A DNA stretch of 64,000 bases, from assembly GCA_965655095.1 (NCBI GenBank), contig OZ296648.1, forward strand, positions 175,336,001 to 175,400,000, given 5' to 3'. How positions within the stretch are numbered: the first letter of the stretch is position 1; each line of letters opens with the position of its first letter. Source of the DNA: Haplodiscus bocki (taxonomy: Eukaryota). A program made the position numbers and the translations under genes. Below the pieces are notes generated by a model. That model searched no databases. It was not told the origin of the DNA and saw only the letters and a program-made list of their open reading frames with translations. Shown piece by piece: positions 39,666-52,699 of this stretch.

Positions 39666-41536
39666 TTCGAATTGCCGCATCTAACAATAGTTCTCGTTGG
39701 TTTTATAAAAAAATCTTTTATTTGTAGTTTCCGTCATTTTTCTGTTGATCAGTGTGCTCAAAAGACTGATTGCAACATACCCGAAGTTTTCTCCTTATAC
39801 TTCCTTATCTGCATCGCTTTTTTTAACCTTAGACCTTGTGTATATACTACTACAGATCACCATATGGATTGAGAGGGATTACTGCCAAATATATATTGTT
39901 TTGTTTTAGCGGATTGCCTTTGCAATTTGAATCTTATCTACCTACTTCTGTTCTAGTTCCAATTTAAACAGGAAATTAACTATGCAGCAAACAGGATGTA
40001 TTAATTTTTACAATCCGTTCAATCGCCAAGTTTCTGCTACGATGCAGAAAAATCTATTTTTCGCTATACTCATACGGAGTTTTTCAATTTGAGATTAATG
40101 CTTATCTTACATTCGGATAAAGTCCAGTTTGTTTGAGAGGAACAAAAAATATCGAGATAAATACGACAGGTTTCTTTTTATATTTTTCCTGGATTCGAGA
40201 TTAGTCCGCAATGACTGCAGCGGCCATAATTTGAGCTGGTAGAAGTACATGTAATGAGAAAAACGGTTCACTTGTTAGTTGAAGGTTAATTGTTCTCGTT
40301 GTATTGTGAGATTATCATGATCATCATCTCCGTTTTTTGTGTCAAACTGTCTCCTTGATTTTGTTGCTGTTTTTCTAACATTTTTTCTGTTTCGTTTTGT
40401 TTCTCCACCTCAATGTAGTCAATCTAGCAACATCGATCCTCCCAGGTTTATGTCCCTGCCCAGCTTAATTATCAATATGAGGCAGTTATGTTTCGCCTGA
40501 TGACAGTTTGGCATTGAAGTTTTACCCGGAATTCTGCTCAATTGGCAGTTGATAATTGCGCCAAAAACAAAGACACGTTCATACCCCAGCACATTTGTAC
40601 GTCAATGCGCAGCAATTATCCCCTGCATTTTGTACACTGTTGGAGGCTTTTGTTTCCTAATGATTTCCTCTCCTTGTTTTGCCTTTTTTCTCCAAATTAT
40701 TTACAAATTTGTACTTGAAAAACATTTTTTTTTCTGCTGCATAACTCCTTGGGTCATTGAGCTCGCTCGAGTTTGTTTATGAAACCGATTAATGGCTTGC
40801 AAAAGTTAATAACAAATTGACACCCCTGTTGAACCGTAAGGCCATTCGCTTAAATAAGTGAAGACAAAGCAGATGTTAGCGGTATATAATCCTGTTTAAT
40901 CCGTCCGCAGAAAATGAAAGTTATAATCTTTGAGCTATTTTTATCTTATCAATCCAGTGTTCATATGTGCTTGTCTCAAGTGGACGTGTGCCGTAAAGCC
41001 AATTTTACCATTCAAAACTCGTGCTCTAAATGGAAAGAATGTTGGCGTGACTTACCATGTCACCATTGCTTGGATCGGCACGTTTGGCATTGTAATGAGT
41101 AGAGCAAGCACCATATTCCAAGAAGCAAAGCCATGTTTTTGTGTCTGCAAATGCCATGGAATCTGAAGCAAAATCGCCTGAAATTTAATTCAACAAGCAT
41201 TATTTATATCTTTAGTTCCGTCTCCTTTGGTTACGAGGTGTCGGCTTCAAATTGTACGGCGTTGGTGAAAACGTCTGATTGAGGAGATTGTAATATTTTA
41301 TTCTGGTGCCTAATGGTGCCATTGTAGTCTACGTAACGGTCAGTTATAGATGAGACTGATACTTATTGACTTTTCTTCGAAGAGTACTAATCAAACTACT
41401 TACTCTGTTTACCCTCATTTTTACAAGCAAATCAACAGTTTATCGAATCATTTATAATTCACAAGATTTTTGATTCTACTTTTTACAGTTTTACTGTTTA
41501 CATAAAAGTAAATCCTGTTAAGGCTTTTTCTCAAAC

Positions 41537-42048
41537 ATGACTTCTTTCTTTAGATCGAAAAACAAGCAGCGCAGTAAAGCTCCCAATCTTTTGACTCCTC
41601 TCGACTTCGCAAACCAACATTTGACCAAATCTGCCGAGCATATATACCCAGAAAGCGGGCCCTGTGTGTACCCAAACGCGCATACTCTAACCCCGGAAGG
41701 CATTACCTGCAACAGTTTATATAGTAGCCCCGTTTATATTCCCCCCACTCCTACAGCGATGAGTCTGACGGAAGCGAACGCGCTTATTAAAAAACAACAG
41801 GCGAGGATAGAGGAACTGGAAAATGTTATCAGAGAACGTGACGTAGAGATCGAGGGTCTCAAAGCCAAGTTAGATATGACGCAATCGATCCTGGATTTCA
41901 AAGATTCGGAAAGCGGCAACAAAGAGAACAATGGTGCTGGCGATGGTGGCAAACGCAGTGTTTACAAACAAAGAGGTATTGGAATATCGGCGGAACCCGC
42001 GCAGAACCTCGGTGATATTAAACTGGTCAAGCATAATAAAACCATGAG
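41537..42048 (+). CDS. PRKG1: cGMP-dependent protein kinase type I-like (foraging/egl-4 type), first coding exon: N-terminal extension, leucine zipper, autoinhibitory pseudosubstrate
   Basis: The ORF reads MSLTEANALIKKQQARIEELENVIRERDVEIEGLKAKLDMTQSIL (heptad zipper), then KQRGIGISAEP, matching the PKG pseudosubstrate (RAQGISAEP in PKG-Ialpha). It ends at donor AG|gttagt (42048/42049), phase 2, which fits exon 2. Confidence 0.93.
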
Positions 42049-44027
42049 GTTAGTTACGTTTTTAATTTTTAAATGAAATTCTATCAACAAAAAGTTTGTG
42101 TCTTCTGGAAGTCAACTGTTTCCCATGGCCTCCAATCTGTTAAAATTTGACCTGAATGGTCACTAGAAAAGGTTAGTTTGAAAGAGTTTCTGTTTATGTC
42201 GTTCTCGGACAGATAATATAAATGAAAATTCAAATGAAATAAATTCATTATGGTGAATTTTTTGCCTGATAGTAATCAAATATTATGCCAGGTATCATAC
42301 AGCTTTCAGTTTTTTGCTTGTTACTTGTTCAAGTATCTGAATTCGTTCAACCGCAAAACTGTCTATTGTCATGTATAAATCAAATTTTACAAGGCCATCT
42401 GCTTTTGATAAAATCACTGCTTTGCGTCACCTCCAAACCGAATGTGATTATTTATCATAGCATTTATCTCAGCCATTCCATGGAAATCGATAAATATTCC
42501 CTGAGGGAAAATAAACCGTGGACTAATGGGCGTGGCCTCTTTGCGAGTCATTGGCTATCTACTGGTGCAATCAAAAGGCTGAATTCAATTGGGTTTCACA
42601 ATACAGACAAGTCGAATCCAGAAAATGTAAATTACCATTCGTTCAGCCGTTCTTTTGTGCCGTTCATCTTTTTGCAACCTAACAACCTTTGTGAAAAATC
42701 CGGCCTCTGAGGTGCCGTATTTCATGTTCAAGCTCATTCAACTGTTTTAGCAGTTTTCGTGATTTCACCGGAAAGCTCGGTCACTCCGGTTTCTTGCTTC
42801 TTGTTCCCTTATCATATACGGCGCAATCCTTGGAAAGGCGATGGCTACACACTTTAACCTTGGTCGTGCAAAACAAACAGTGTACCAAAGTTCCGTTGAA
42901 GCTATTATTGCTTCATTTGTACCCATATGAGAAATTTCCTAGTTCTAAGTCGGCGAAAGATTGGGAATTTTGCTGTTTCGATGATAGCTGAAAATATTCT
43001 TTGTCAGATTCGGGAAAATGGTCTCAAACCATTGTCGATCAACACCCCCCCCCCCCATTTTCTCAGAGACTACCAACCGCATAAGTATGAAATTTGACAC
43101 ACATATACTAGAAGCTATGCGGAACCCAAGGAACCCGGTCCGAACCCCATCCGACTCCAATGTCCCGAGCAACAATTAGCACTTTAGTGGCTATGAATCG
43201 GCTAATCTTAGCAGGAATAGCAATTTTGCATATAACTGTAAGTAGTATCGATGTATTAACCTTCGTAGGACGCTTTCGGCAGGATTGATATCATTTTACC
43301 TCGGTCGATGGTCTTATGTGAACAAACGGTTTTCGATGATGTAATGCTTTAGGACTTCGGACTGATCTTTTTCCTGAGTATTTGGCACAAGAGCATTTCT
43401 AGACCTCTTGTGTGCATGTACACGCATGACGAGGATCTGTTGCATTTAAAAACATTCATTTATTAAAATTTTTTTGTGACCTGATTATAGATTTTCAAAA
43501 TTCGCTAGAAATATGAAAAGAAGGACGCGATATCAAGTGAATAAACGTTCACCTAATGATATAAAAAATATCACGTATGCGAGAATGTAATGGCGTTGTC
43601 ATAAAATACGCCGTATTTAAACGCGCAAGTATGTGTAAACGATAAACTTAATTGAGGAGGAAGTAGAAAGTACAACTTAATTAGAGAGCTGGGAGCAAGT
43701 TGAGTCTTGCAGAGACATACTACTTGGCTGGAAGAGTGTCTTGTCGCTAGCTCCGTTAGCTACAAGCTGAGTTGGAGATGATGGACTTACAACTCCGGGC
43801 TTTGTCATTTTGTTGAAGTCGGAGCTTCAGTAGTTGTTACTTGTATGGAATGTACTTAGCTGAATTGTGGATTTTCGTTGTATTGGGTCTATCGCTTGTA
43901 TTTATTTAGATTTTTTGCGCCATATCATTTATAACTACTCATTATAATTCAATTTAAAATAATTATTCAACGCAAACGTTTTTAAAATAGATTTTGTCAA
44001 TAAGTTCGTTTTTCACGAAATTATTAC

Positions 44028-44355
44028 ACATTGGCCGTAGAATGCGACTGATTTAGTGAAATTTCTCAAAACGTTCGGGTTTTTTTTCGAAAAAAAGACT
44101 TTAGTGTTTTCAAAAATGCTAAAGGTGCCATTTTGGTTGTCGAAGGCGTGTCGCGTGTCGAATGGTAATATTTCCAGAAAATGTTTTTTCCGCCTTTTTC
44201 ATGAGGATTTTTTTGCAAAAATTCAGATTTTTTTCAAAATTGGAATGATTAGAAAAAATAATGAGTGTTTTTCGAAGAAAATACGTTTTCATCTTTATAA
44301 AAGCCTTCCTTACGAGGAGGTGCAAAAATATGCCAGTGGTAGCCGGCCGTTTTGT
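44028..44355 (+). mobile_element. HINE-like element, type-1 end
   Basis: Ends aaaaatatgccagtggtagccggccgttttgt. Its start cattggccgtagaatgcgactg resembles 15110. Confidence 0.6.
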
Positions 44356-45507
44356 CAACGTATTCGAGTTGATCATCTATCTTCACGAGAACTAATCGAA
44401 TAATTGTCGTCTGTTTTCTCTGTTTGTCTAGTTGGACCGAATGAGAAGCTTAGAGAGAAAACGTGCGCGGCTAGATAGAATGAGAAGATTCTTATCCACC
44501 TAAGAAGAACGTCTGTGGTAAAGTTAGATTCTTGCCAAATTCTGTCCCTCAAAATCTAAAAAATATATTTCATCAGAGTTTAAGCCGTTGTAAATGTAAT
44601 ATAAAATTGAGCTTTATTAAATCGATTCTTCCCGAAGTTTCTTTTCCCCGGTTGCTTGAGCCCGACAGAACCTACTTCAGGAAATGGGATAATTTGGTCA
44701 CTAAAGCTATGTCGAAGATTTATAGAAAGAATTTCATCTGCTCTCGAGTGAATGCTTCTGGTTTTTTGAGAGACGGGATTTTTATTGTTACTTGAAGGAG
44801 GTATGAATTGAAAAGGGGGATCTAGAATGTAATTTTAAATCAACTCTCGAAAGTTCCACATGCTCAAATTCATGATTTATCCGCAAGAAAAAAATAGTGA
44901 CGTTTTCGCTTTCTTTGTTTATCCGGATCGAAAGCTCTTTCAGTCTTTCTCTTATATTGGTGTCTGTTTGCATTGAGGAGCGTGAGACCTCTTATTGGCT
45001 GTGAATGTCTACGGTGATGACATGCATAAGCGACTAATGAATAAGTTATAACAACTGGAATTTGGTTTTGAGATCTTGTTGATGTTATGTACGGTGCCGA
45101 GACTGGTTTTGATTTTCCTGGTATGCTGGTTTGTTGATTGTTGGTAATCTTGTGAATAATTGAAAATTGGGAATAATTTATCACAAATTGAACGAAGGAG
45201 AGAGCAGGATGTCAATTAGTCTGACCTGAGCTGTTGTATGAAGCAAAGTTTGCATTCATTAATCCTTTTTTGGGCAAATGGTATTTTTTGGAGTTTTCTC
45301 ATCTTCACAATGATTTGGAACTGATGCATAGCAGAACAAAATACAATATAGCCTTCATCATTTTTTGTAAAGCTGTTACTACGTCTTAGTCGTTGATTTA
45401 CTTTCAATAAAAAGCCGACTATTACAAAGGCTAGTTTTATTTCACTGCCTAAACGTCCAAAATGTTTTACCAAAATTTAACGACCAACCCAAAATGACTA
45501 GTACTCT

Positions 45508-45570
45508 AGAAGGACCCGTTAGTATAAAAGGTAGGACAAAAGATTTGGGTTCGAGACTACGCAAGTCCAA
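45508..45570 (+). pseudogene. tRNA-like cassette related to 50255
   Basis: tagaaggaccc...ggtaggacaaaa...gggttcgagact. Confidence 0.6.
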
Positions 45571-46106
45571 AAGAAATAACGGAAAACGAACCGTTTTATT
45601 GAAGTTGTGTAGAGGTTTGCAACCAAATACCTCCAACAAAAGAATTTATGATACCTTCCTTGTATATATTGTACCCGCCTCCTCTGCATTGTTTCAAAAA
45701 TCATATGTTTCCGTTGGCTATCTCCACCGGGTGAAATAAACGATAGTCAGAAATAAATTACTGCAATTTTTGGTTAGTATTCATCCCATGTTTTAATCTT
45801 CAAAATCAAGAATAATATGTAATTATGGCAAAGTGTGTGAGTGTTCTATTTTTTGAATGGCGAAGAGGAATTTTTGACGGGATTTCGATTTCAATTTAAA
45901 TTGCCTTTTGAATTTTTTTTTGTCCGTAGCTTGAAACGTTCGGAAGTTGTTAGCAGACGGTTGCTTATTCATGCGGCCTACCAAGGTGTTCAATTTTTGG
46001 TCATTTCCGGTATGTTTTAAATAATTTCCGATTTGTTGGTCAGTTCAAGTGTCAGTATTATTCTCGAAACTGTTCCCGCACCCACAGCAAAAATCGGTAA
46101 TGAAAC

Positions 46107-46290
46107 ATGAGTTCCGAATCTTTTGAGTCAGACGATGTAACGCCTTTGCTTGTGGAGTTTGCAAACGAGGTCGACGTGTACGATCAAATTGCCCAGAAGT
46201 ATAGAAACAAAGCCTTCAACGATAGAGGAAACTCAGCAGACTTCAAAATTGCACATTTTGGATCTGAAATGAAAACAATCAATTTTTTTG
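46107..46290 (+). CDS. Candidate first coding exon of the nested gene
   Basis: ATG-initiated, protein-like frame MSSESFESDDVTPLLVEF... ending at phase-1 donor G|gtaaaa, compatible with the acceptor at 49769. No homology recognised. Confidence 0.3.
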
Positions 46291-46779
46291 GTAAAAGAAT
46301 CTAGGTTGTCGAGAGACGCACCATTTGTTTTTGTTAGTCATTTTTTTTCGACGGTGAAAATCGATCCCGTGAGATTTATATCTGTAGTTTTAAGCTGTAA
46401 GTCGAAACAAGTTTGTTTACGTCTCATTTTTAGGCTTTTCAAAACGTCTACGCAAGTTATGAAAATTTTCCTTTGAACATAGCCTGAAGAATGATACACT
46501 GATTGAAAGATTTTTGCAAAATGCTATCAAATAATGATATCGTTAGCCAGCTAACTAACTCATTTATATTATTTAAAATCAATGAAAAAAATCACAGATA
46601 ACAAGAGGTATTAGAACTGAGGAGATATACCAAAAAGGTAAAGTTTGGAAGACATTTTTTTAGAAACAGATGATTAGCAGATTGACAAACAACAACATGG
46701 TTGCTGCTTTCGGAGACGTGAGATTTAAAACTTTCATGCAGTTAGGTGGACCAGATAGTAAATTAGGCATCAATATTGG

Positions 46780-48400
46780 AAGCTTCAATTACTACCTAAT
46801 TGATAAACTGGTTTTTTATGAGCGCCAGAATTTATGGAATTTCTTATAGAATCTCCGGGCCGACCAGGGTTGCCATCTGAACTGATAGGAGCTACGAAAC
46901 CTAATACTCCAGCTATTAAAGTCATTTTACCGAACGCACCCACCTGCTTGCAAGCCGCGTTTTGCATTGAAATGTCCAGTGGAACTTCATCTGAGCCATG
47001 ATACTGCTATTCTCAGCATGCTACTATCCTGGTGGGTTGGTTTATCTTCCGTTATCGAGCTGACCTTGTTGTGCCCACCCATCCTAATTTGTTGTTGAAC
47101 ACTTCCACTTTGACTTCCGAGGCTGACATAGTCGTTGTTCTCAGGTGCGTGAAGACAACTGGGGACTGCAGAAAGGACATGGTGCTCGGCAAAACAGCCA
47201 TGTTGTTTTAACTGACTACTGGACGCATGTGATGCTGTAGGTATTTTCAGGGCTCATTATGTTGAAACCAAAGTTGGCCTCCCTAATTTTCCGGCCTGCC
47301 CCCATATGGCTGGTTTTTCACAGGCAAACTGGCTTGAGATATTGGTTCCTTTTGGAGAGGTAATGACGCAGCTATATTACTGTTTTCTTTGTCTATACGG
47401 TGACAAAGCTTTTATGGACGGAAGGAGGCGGAAGATTCTGAAAATTACTACTCGAGATTTTGCTGATCGGAGGCACAAACTTCGAGAACCGGCTCATTGC
47501 CTGCTACGTGTTCGACAGTAGAATCCAGGCCTTAGGCTGGGAAGGAGATGTTTTGAATAGAAAATTTCTGCCAGTTTTGAACGGTCTGTGCAGCATGTGG
47601 TGGCTGGTGGTGTTCCAGAGAGGTTTGATGGATCAGTTTTGAACGATTGGCATTTTAGGGCGCTCTGTTGAGTATCATATAGGTATCAATTTGCTGGATA
47701 ATGACGCTCGACCTCCGGAAGAACTGCTTAACGACTTGCGACCGAGGTTTGGATGGTAAATCTGCACAGTGCGACAAAATTGACCCAAGAAGAGGCAAAG
47801 GAGAGAGACTGCTACTGGTTTCGAATTCGACTGCTTGGAGATCCATAGCGATTCTTTGAAAAATTGGATGATCGGCAGCGATCTATTCCTACTTAATGCC
47901 TGCCGTTGCATTTTTGGAGGCGCCAGAAAGTCGTCAAGGTTAACCGAAGAGATGATATCACGGTGACATCAATTGCAAGACTTCTGACGCCAGACTTTCA
48001 TGGGAGCACGATGTCTTCTGTTCGGTTTTGTGAATCGGGCACTATAGAAGAGGGTTCTATTTGTGGTGCAAGATTTTGCTCATCAGGATTCCCGCACATG
48101 ATCGTATTGTTGTCAAAGGTGTCCAGCAAGTTTGAATTGGAGGCTGGGGAAAGGGTAACAAAAGAAGAAATGGACAATTGAAGATAACGATACAACCAGC
48201 ACAAACCTATGCCAAGATGTTTCAAGCCCCAAATTTTCCACTGTTCGGCTGGACAGCTTGCCAGATATGTGTGGTGGTGTATGACAAATTATTTGCCCCA
48301 GTTGCAATATCCGCTTCCTCAAAGAGAGATCAGCATGTATCGTCTAAAGAATCGGTATGATGTGCTCGCGATTCCTCTCTGTAAAGAATTAGAGTTTGCA
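46780..48400 (-). mobile_element. Decayed I-group/Nimb-like LINE, EN plus RT start
   Basis: TIMCG (GDFN region), LAIDVT, LPII (SDHLPI-like), GSDEV (SPGxD-like) and VAPIS..GNP...S (PIPKPGK...SYRPI-like) in order. Confidence 0.55.
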
Positions 48401-48836
48401 CGTTGGCGTGGCCTCAAATAAACACCGTTTTATGAGATGAAAGTGTTGCCTTCTCGGAATATTTTTACTTCTGGAAAGAATTGACCATGAAACAACTGTC
48501 GGGAATTGGCTTTCGAGACAGAAGAGGTTATTCTACTCGATAAGCAAACAACTGCTATTTTTGAATTAACTCGTCGCTTTTGATTCTAACTATATTTCCA
48601 TAGGTGGTTTTTTTTTCAAATGTTCTTTGTTTTGCTATTTTGTGTGATTGGTGCTAGTAATGATCATGTGTGACTAATTAGCAAAAGAGGTTGTTGTATC
48701 CAGAACTGAGATTTGAGTTGTCGGGTTCTGTGGTCTGTCGGTTTTCTGTTTTGACCTTTTTTTTCACCTGCAACAAATATGCAATTTTGATGGGCTGAAA
48801 GCTCTGCTTAAATTGAAAAGAGCGCGCCAGTCTTTC

Positions 48837-48855
48837 ATGCACAATGAGGATATGG
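48837..48855 (+). CDS. Alternative candidate first mini-exon (MHNEDM) of the nested gene
   Basis: ATG at 48837 and a strong phase-1 donor G|gtaaga at 48856, compatible with the acceptor at 49769. Confidence 0.25.
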
Positions 48856-49769
48856 GTAAGAATTACTTTGCTTTCAACAGAGCACCGCAACCCTTTGTCA
48901 GTTCTCATTATTACAATGGCTTAAAGTTCGAGTCGGTGCACTCGAGATACTTGGAGAAGATGCAACAAGAGGCTGAAGCTGTTCAACTCAAACAGAACAC
49001 TTTGTAGAATACTTTCCCTGCAACTGTTTGCATGTTTAAGATGAACAAACCGAATGTGATTGGGACACGCATTTGACCAAAATACTTACAGTTTGAGGCA
49101 GCGTAAAGGGAACTTCGTGTAATTGAAGTTCGCCTACTGTGAAGAAATGTCAGGAATCCAAGTTTTTCGGTTTTTAATAACGAATTTCTGCAAAAGTATG
49201 CGTAGTGATTCCGTCACCAAATGTTATCAGAGCTTCAGCTAAGGTTGTGCGATATTCAGTTTTTTTCCGTTCGATCAATTATTAATCGATAACGTTAACG
49301 ATATTCGATTCGGTACTTTTTGAGAACGTACGAGAAAAACACTTAGCTGTTCATTTGAATGGATCTTTTTTCACTAAAACATGTCTGATAAACTGCCTTA
49401 AGTCAGAAATTTTCCGTCTGCCAGCAAATGACGCCTGCATTACGCTGTTCATCTGCAGTTCTCAGGATTGTCATCAAAATTTGTGCTTATTCAGTGAGAA
49501 CCCAGGAAGCCTTCTCGTTTTGATTCCAGCTTTTAAGTTTCTCAGAACATTTCGATAATGTGCTTCTATTTCAACAATCGAATGTTGGAATGTGCGATTA
49601 TCAACTCCGGATTACTGTACACCCTTAGCTTCATCTACGGTTCATACCAGCTATTGTACTTTTATTTAATCTACCAACATGAAAAACATATCGAGTGCCA
49701 ATTTTTCTGCCGCCCTTCAACTTACTGAGTCACTAGTCTTTTAGTTTTGATTTTTTTTGTGTTTGACAG

Positions 49770-50054
49770 CAGTTTGCGTTTATTATCGAAGTAGCAGTAT
49801 TCTACAAACGTGGTTTCGCGAAATCAGAATAGGAGCTGAGGGTACTAGATCTCACCGAAGATTGATTGACCCCGATGATCTAAAGCGACATCATTGGTTG
49901 ACAATCAATGAAACTATGTGTCAGGGTCCTTGCTCTTTCATGAATTTTTTCTTCACTGCGTGCAACCTTATGACTGTTCTGCGTTTGAGCCACAACAAGT
50001 GTCCCTTGGCCATTGCGCTCATTCTTTTCATCATAACCACTTTTGGAATCTTCG
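49770..50054 (+). CDS. Probable internal exon of the nested PLAC8-like gene
   Basis: Strong acceptor ttttttttgtgtttgacag| (phase 1). Open frame ...HHWLTINETMCQGPCSFMNFFFTACNLMTV... resembles the PLAC8 N-terminal W..C...C pattern, followed by a TM helix. The phase-1 donor G|gttgac is weak but fits the acceptor at 55768. Confidence 0.5.
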
Positions 50055-50254
50055 GTTGACTAAGCTGCTTTTTCTTGACCTTCAATCTCTATTACAATTC
50101 ACATCTCAAATCGCCTGATTGGTAGTCGGCGTTTTTTAAAAGAGAAAGTGACCCACTATTACAATGATTTTTTAAATATATTTGTTTTTAAGACTCGAAA
50201 TCGACGAAATTCTACAAAAATTCTGAACTCCCAACGCAAAGTGATTGGTACATT

Positions 50255-50645
50255 AGAAGGCCCCGGTGGCCTAAAGGGTAGGACAAAAAGGTCCGTACGG
50301 CATACATCCGGGTTCGAGACTCGATAGGTCCCAAAAGTTTTTGGGGAAAAACGTTCATTTTTGGATGCTCTCTGTATTTCTATGGTTTTATCACCCCCTG
50401 ATTTTTCTGCTGTCCCGGCCTTCGCTATACAGGGTAAGACAAAAAGTTTGTGAGCCATAGATAGGGCCTCGGGACTAGGTAAGTCCTTTTTTTCGAAAAA
50501 AGCGTCTAGTTTTAGTTTTTCAACCCCCGTCCCAAAGTTTACGATAAACCTATGGATCTTCAAACTTAAGGATGAACAAAAGGGGATCCCCATGGATATT
50601 TTCAGCCGTACGGGCGGCGCGGACTTTGGACGTTCGCGGGTTGTT
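50255..50645 (+). mobile_element. HINE-like element with two tandem tRNA-like cassettes, type-2 end
   Basis: ggccccggtggcctaaagggtaggaca...gggttcgagac (50259-50332) and a second decayed cassette (~50413-50485). Ends gggcggcgcggactttggacgttcgcgggttgtt. Confidence 0.6.
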
Positions 50646-51434
50646 TTCTTTTATGCAAGGATCTTCATTCGGCGCTTTGTGACGGAAGGAGTTTGACTGT
50701 TACAAAAGGTTTGGGTTTCAAGGGTGTAGATGAAGTGTTCAATCAAATTGGTTAAAGATCACAACCCCACCCCGCGCAAAATTTCAATGGGGTGGATATA
50801 ATAAACTAATTGAGCAAAAGATCTGCGATACATAAATACCAGGGGTTGGATTCTTTTGTTAATATTTCTATCAATTTATGCTATTTAATTGTTCATAGAA
50901 ACAAAAAAATAGTCGTGTTCTATATGTTAATGAACCCGTCAAAATGTACTCTAGGAAATTTAACATTATTACAAGGTGATATTTAAGGTGTTTAATTGTT
51001 CGTTTTTGCCGTTGGGGAATCAGAAATACGAGTTAATCTTCTTCACTGACTGGAAAATGCATATGAGAGACTTCGTTCGTTTCATCGCGCAGTAAGTTTG
51101 TGCCGTATTTACATTTGCCTGAAATTTGAAATTTTTTAGTAGCGTGCAAACCAATTGCTTAATTCTGAGAAATGTGGAAGTTCCCTCGTTTCCTATCATC
51201 TCTCAGAAATATGTCAATAAAGTCAATCCAAAGATGAAAAATGTTTAAATATTGTTTTATTCGAAAAAAATCCAAAATCTGAAATACGGAATTACTTTTG
51301 GAATACTGTTCAGAATCGGAAGCGATGTGTTCGGTACCGCGACGCTACATCGTCCTTTACATCCACTGCGCAGGCGGTATGTGTGTCCTCGCTACGCCTG
51401 GAGATACCTACGTTTCGCTTTTGTATCAATTTAA

Positions 51435-52190
51435 TATTTACACTTGCGCAAACCAAGTTTTTGTCACGGGCTTCTGCGGAATTTTCCGATCCTTTTACAA
51501 GTCGTATTCATGCCTACATTCTAATATAACCTAGATTTTGTTCATGTTTTCTCGCTCAGTTGCAGAAACTGGTTCACGTGGCCTATTTTCCAGCGTGTGC
51601 GCTTGTTTGTAAGGCGAATTAACTGCTATAGTTGTTCGCACTTGTTTAAAACTTTATGAGAATTTATTGAAATAAATAACTTTCCGTTCAATTGTTTAAT
51701 TAGTAATTTTGGTAGTACCGTGGTTCCTTTAACAATCCGTTAGTTGTTCGATTTGTTCACTATATTCCGTTGCCGCAATTGCTGCGAAGCACAGCTTCGT
51801 CTCTGTGTTAAATAAAGTTCATGTCTCACTGCGTNNNNNNNNNNNNNNNNNNNNNNNNNNNNNNNNNNNNNNNNNNNNNNNNNNNNNNNNNNNNNNNNNN
51901 NNNNNNNNNNNNNNNNNNNNNNNNNNNNNNNNNNNNNNNNNNNNNNNNNNNNNNNNNNNNNNNNNNNNNNNNNNNNNNNNNNNNNNNNNNNNNCTTTGAA
52001 CTGTCATATTAAATCTCATTACACTTGCGCAAGCAAAGGCGTCTGCTGGCTTTTTTTCGATCCGTTCACAACTCGCATTTGGACTTGGATTTCGATCAGA
52101 GAAGGAAGTGTCCCAGGCACCAACTTATGACCCTTATCGCCGTAGTTTCATGCTCTAGTGACCGTGCATTGCCGCTTAAGAATCGGTATT
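51435..52190 (-). repeat. Tandem copies of the tRNA-Cys unit spanning the gap
   Basis: acacttgcgcaa at 51440 and 52021, gcgaagcacagctt at 51784 (also 26488), and a decayed tRNA cassette at 52112-52170. Confidence 0.65.
51835..51993. other. Assembly gap (159 N)
   Basis: Run of N. Confidence 1.
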
Positions 52191-52699
52191 TTGATTTTAA
52201 ATATAAAGTGATGTGGCCGTCTTGCGTAGCACAGCGAAGTACATGCAAAGAGTTGTGAATTTGATCCAACTAATTTTGATTGAAGTATTGGGTACTAGAA
52301 GCCTTCTTATTTTACTCTTAGATGCAAACCCCCCTTCCTATTTTTCAAAAAAAGTGACTACCGATGCCAAATTTGTTCAGAATGCCTGATTATTGCGTTC
52401 CAAAAAATCTTTTTAGAAAGCAAGCACGGATGAATTTTAGTGATACCCTTTGTACATATTCCAATTTTTATGAAAAAATGGCGAGAACTAGTGAGTTTTC
52501 CAGGCAATGTATAAAGTACCACAAAGGCCTTCTTGAAAATTTTGATCTGTGAGACAATATTCTCTCGAGAAAAATGCTATTCTAATTTGTTCAAGTACAA
52601 ATGGTTCCTCTCATGAATATTTTGAGCTCTCCACAGGTTTGGGTCGTTGTTGAAGTTCCTAAGAATATCAGTGTGAAAAGTTTCATAAAGCCACTTTCC

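Noticed and set aside
43586-44028. Possible solo LTR (tgtaat...attaca)
   Set aside because: The flanks gagaa and cattg show no TSD, and there is no second copy in the window.
46107-46290. Alternative PKG first exon
   Set aside because: Its donor is phase 1 while PKG exon 2 needs phase 2, and it has no zipper or ISAEP motif.
48813-49007. BTB/T1-like YFAFNRAPQPF
   Set aside because: The resemblance is too short and lacks the rest of the fold.
51314-51376. 63-bp phase-1 symmetric exon candidate for the nested gene
   Set aside because: The splice sites are plausible, but the peptide adds no PLAC8 similarity and abuts a repeat. Needs RNA data.
51805-52019. ORFs spanning X runs
   Set aside because: Artifacts of the N gap.
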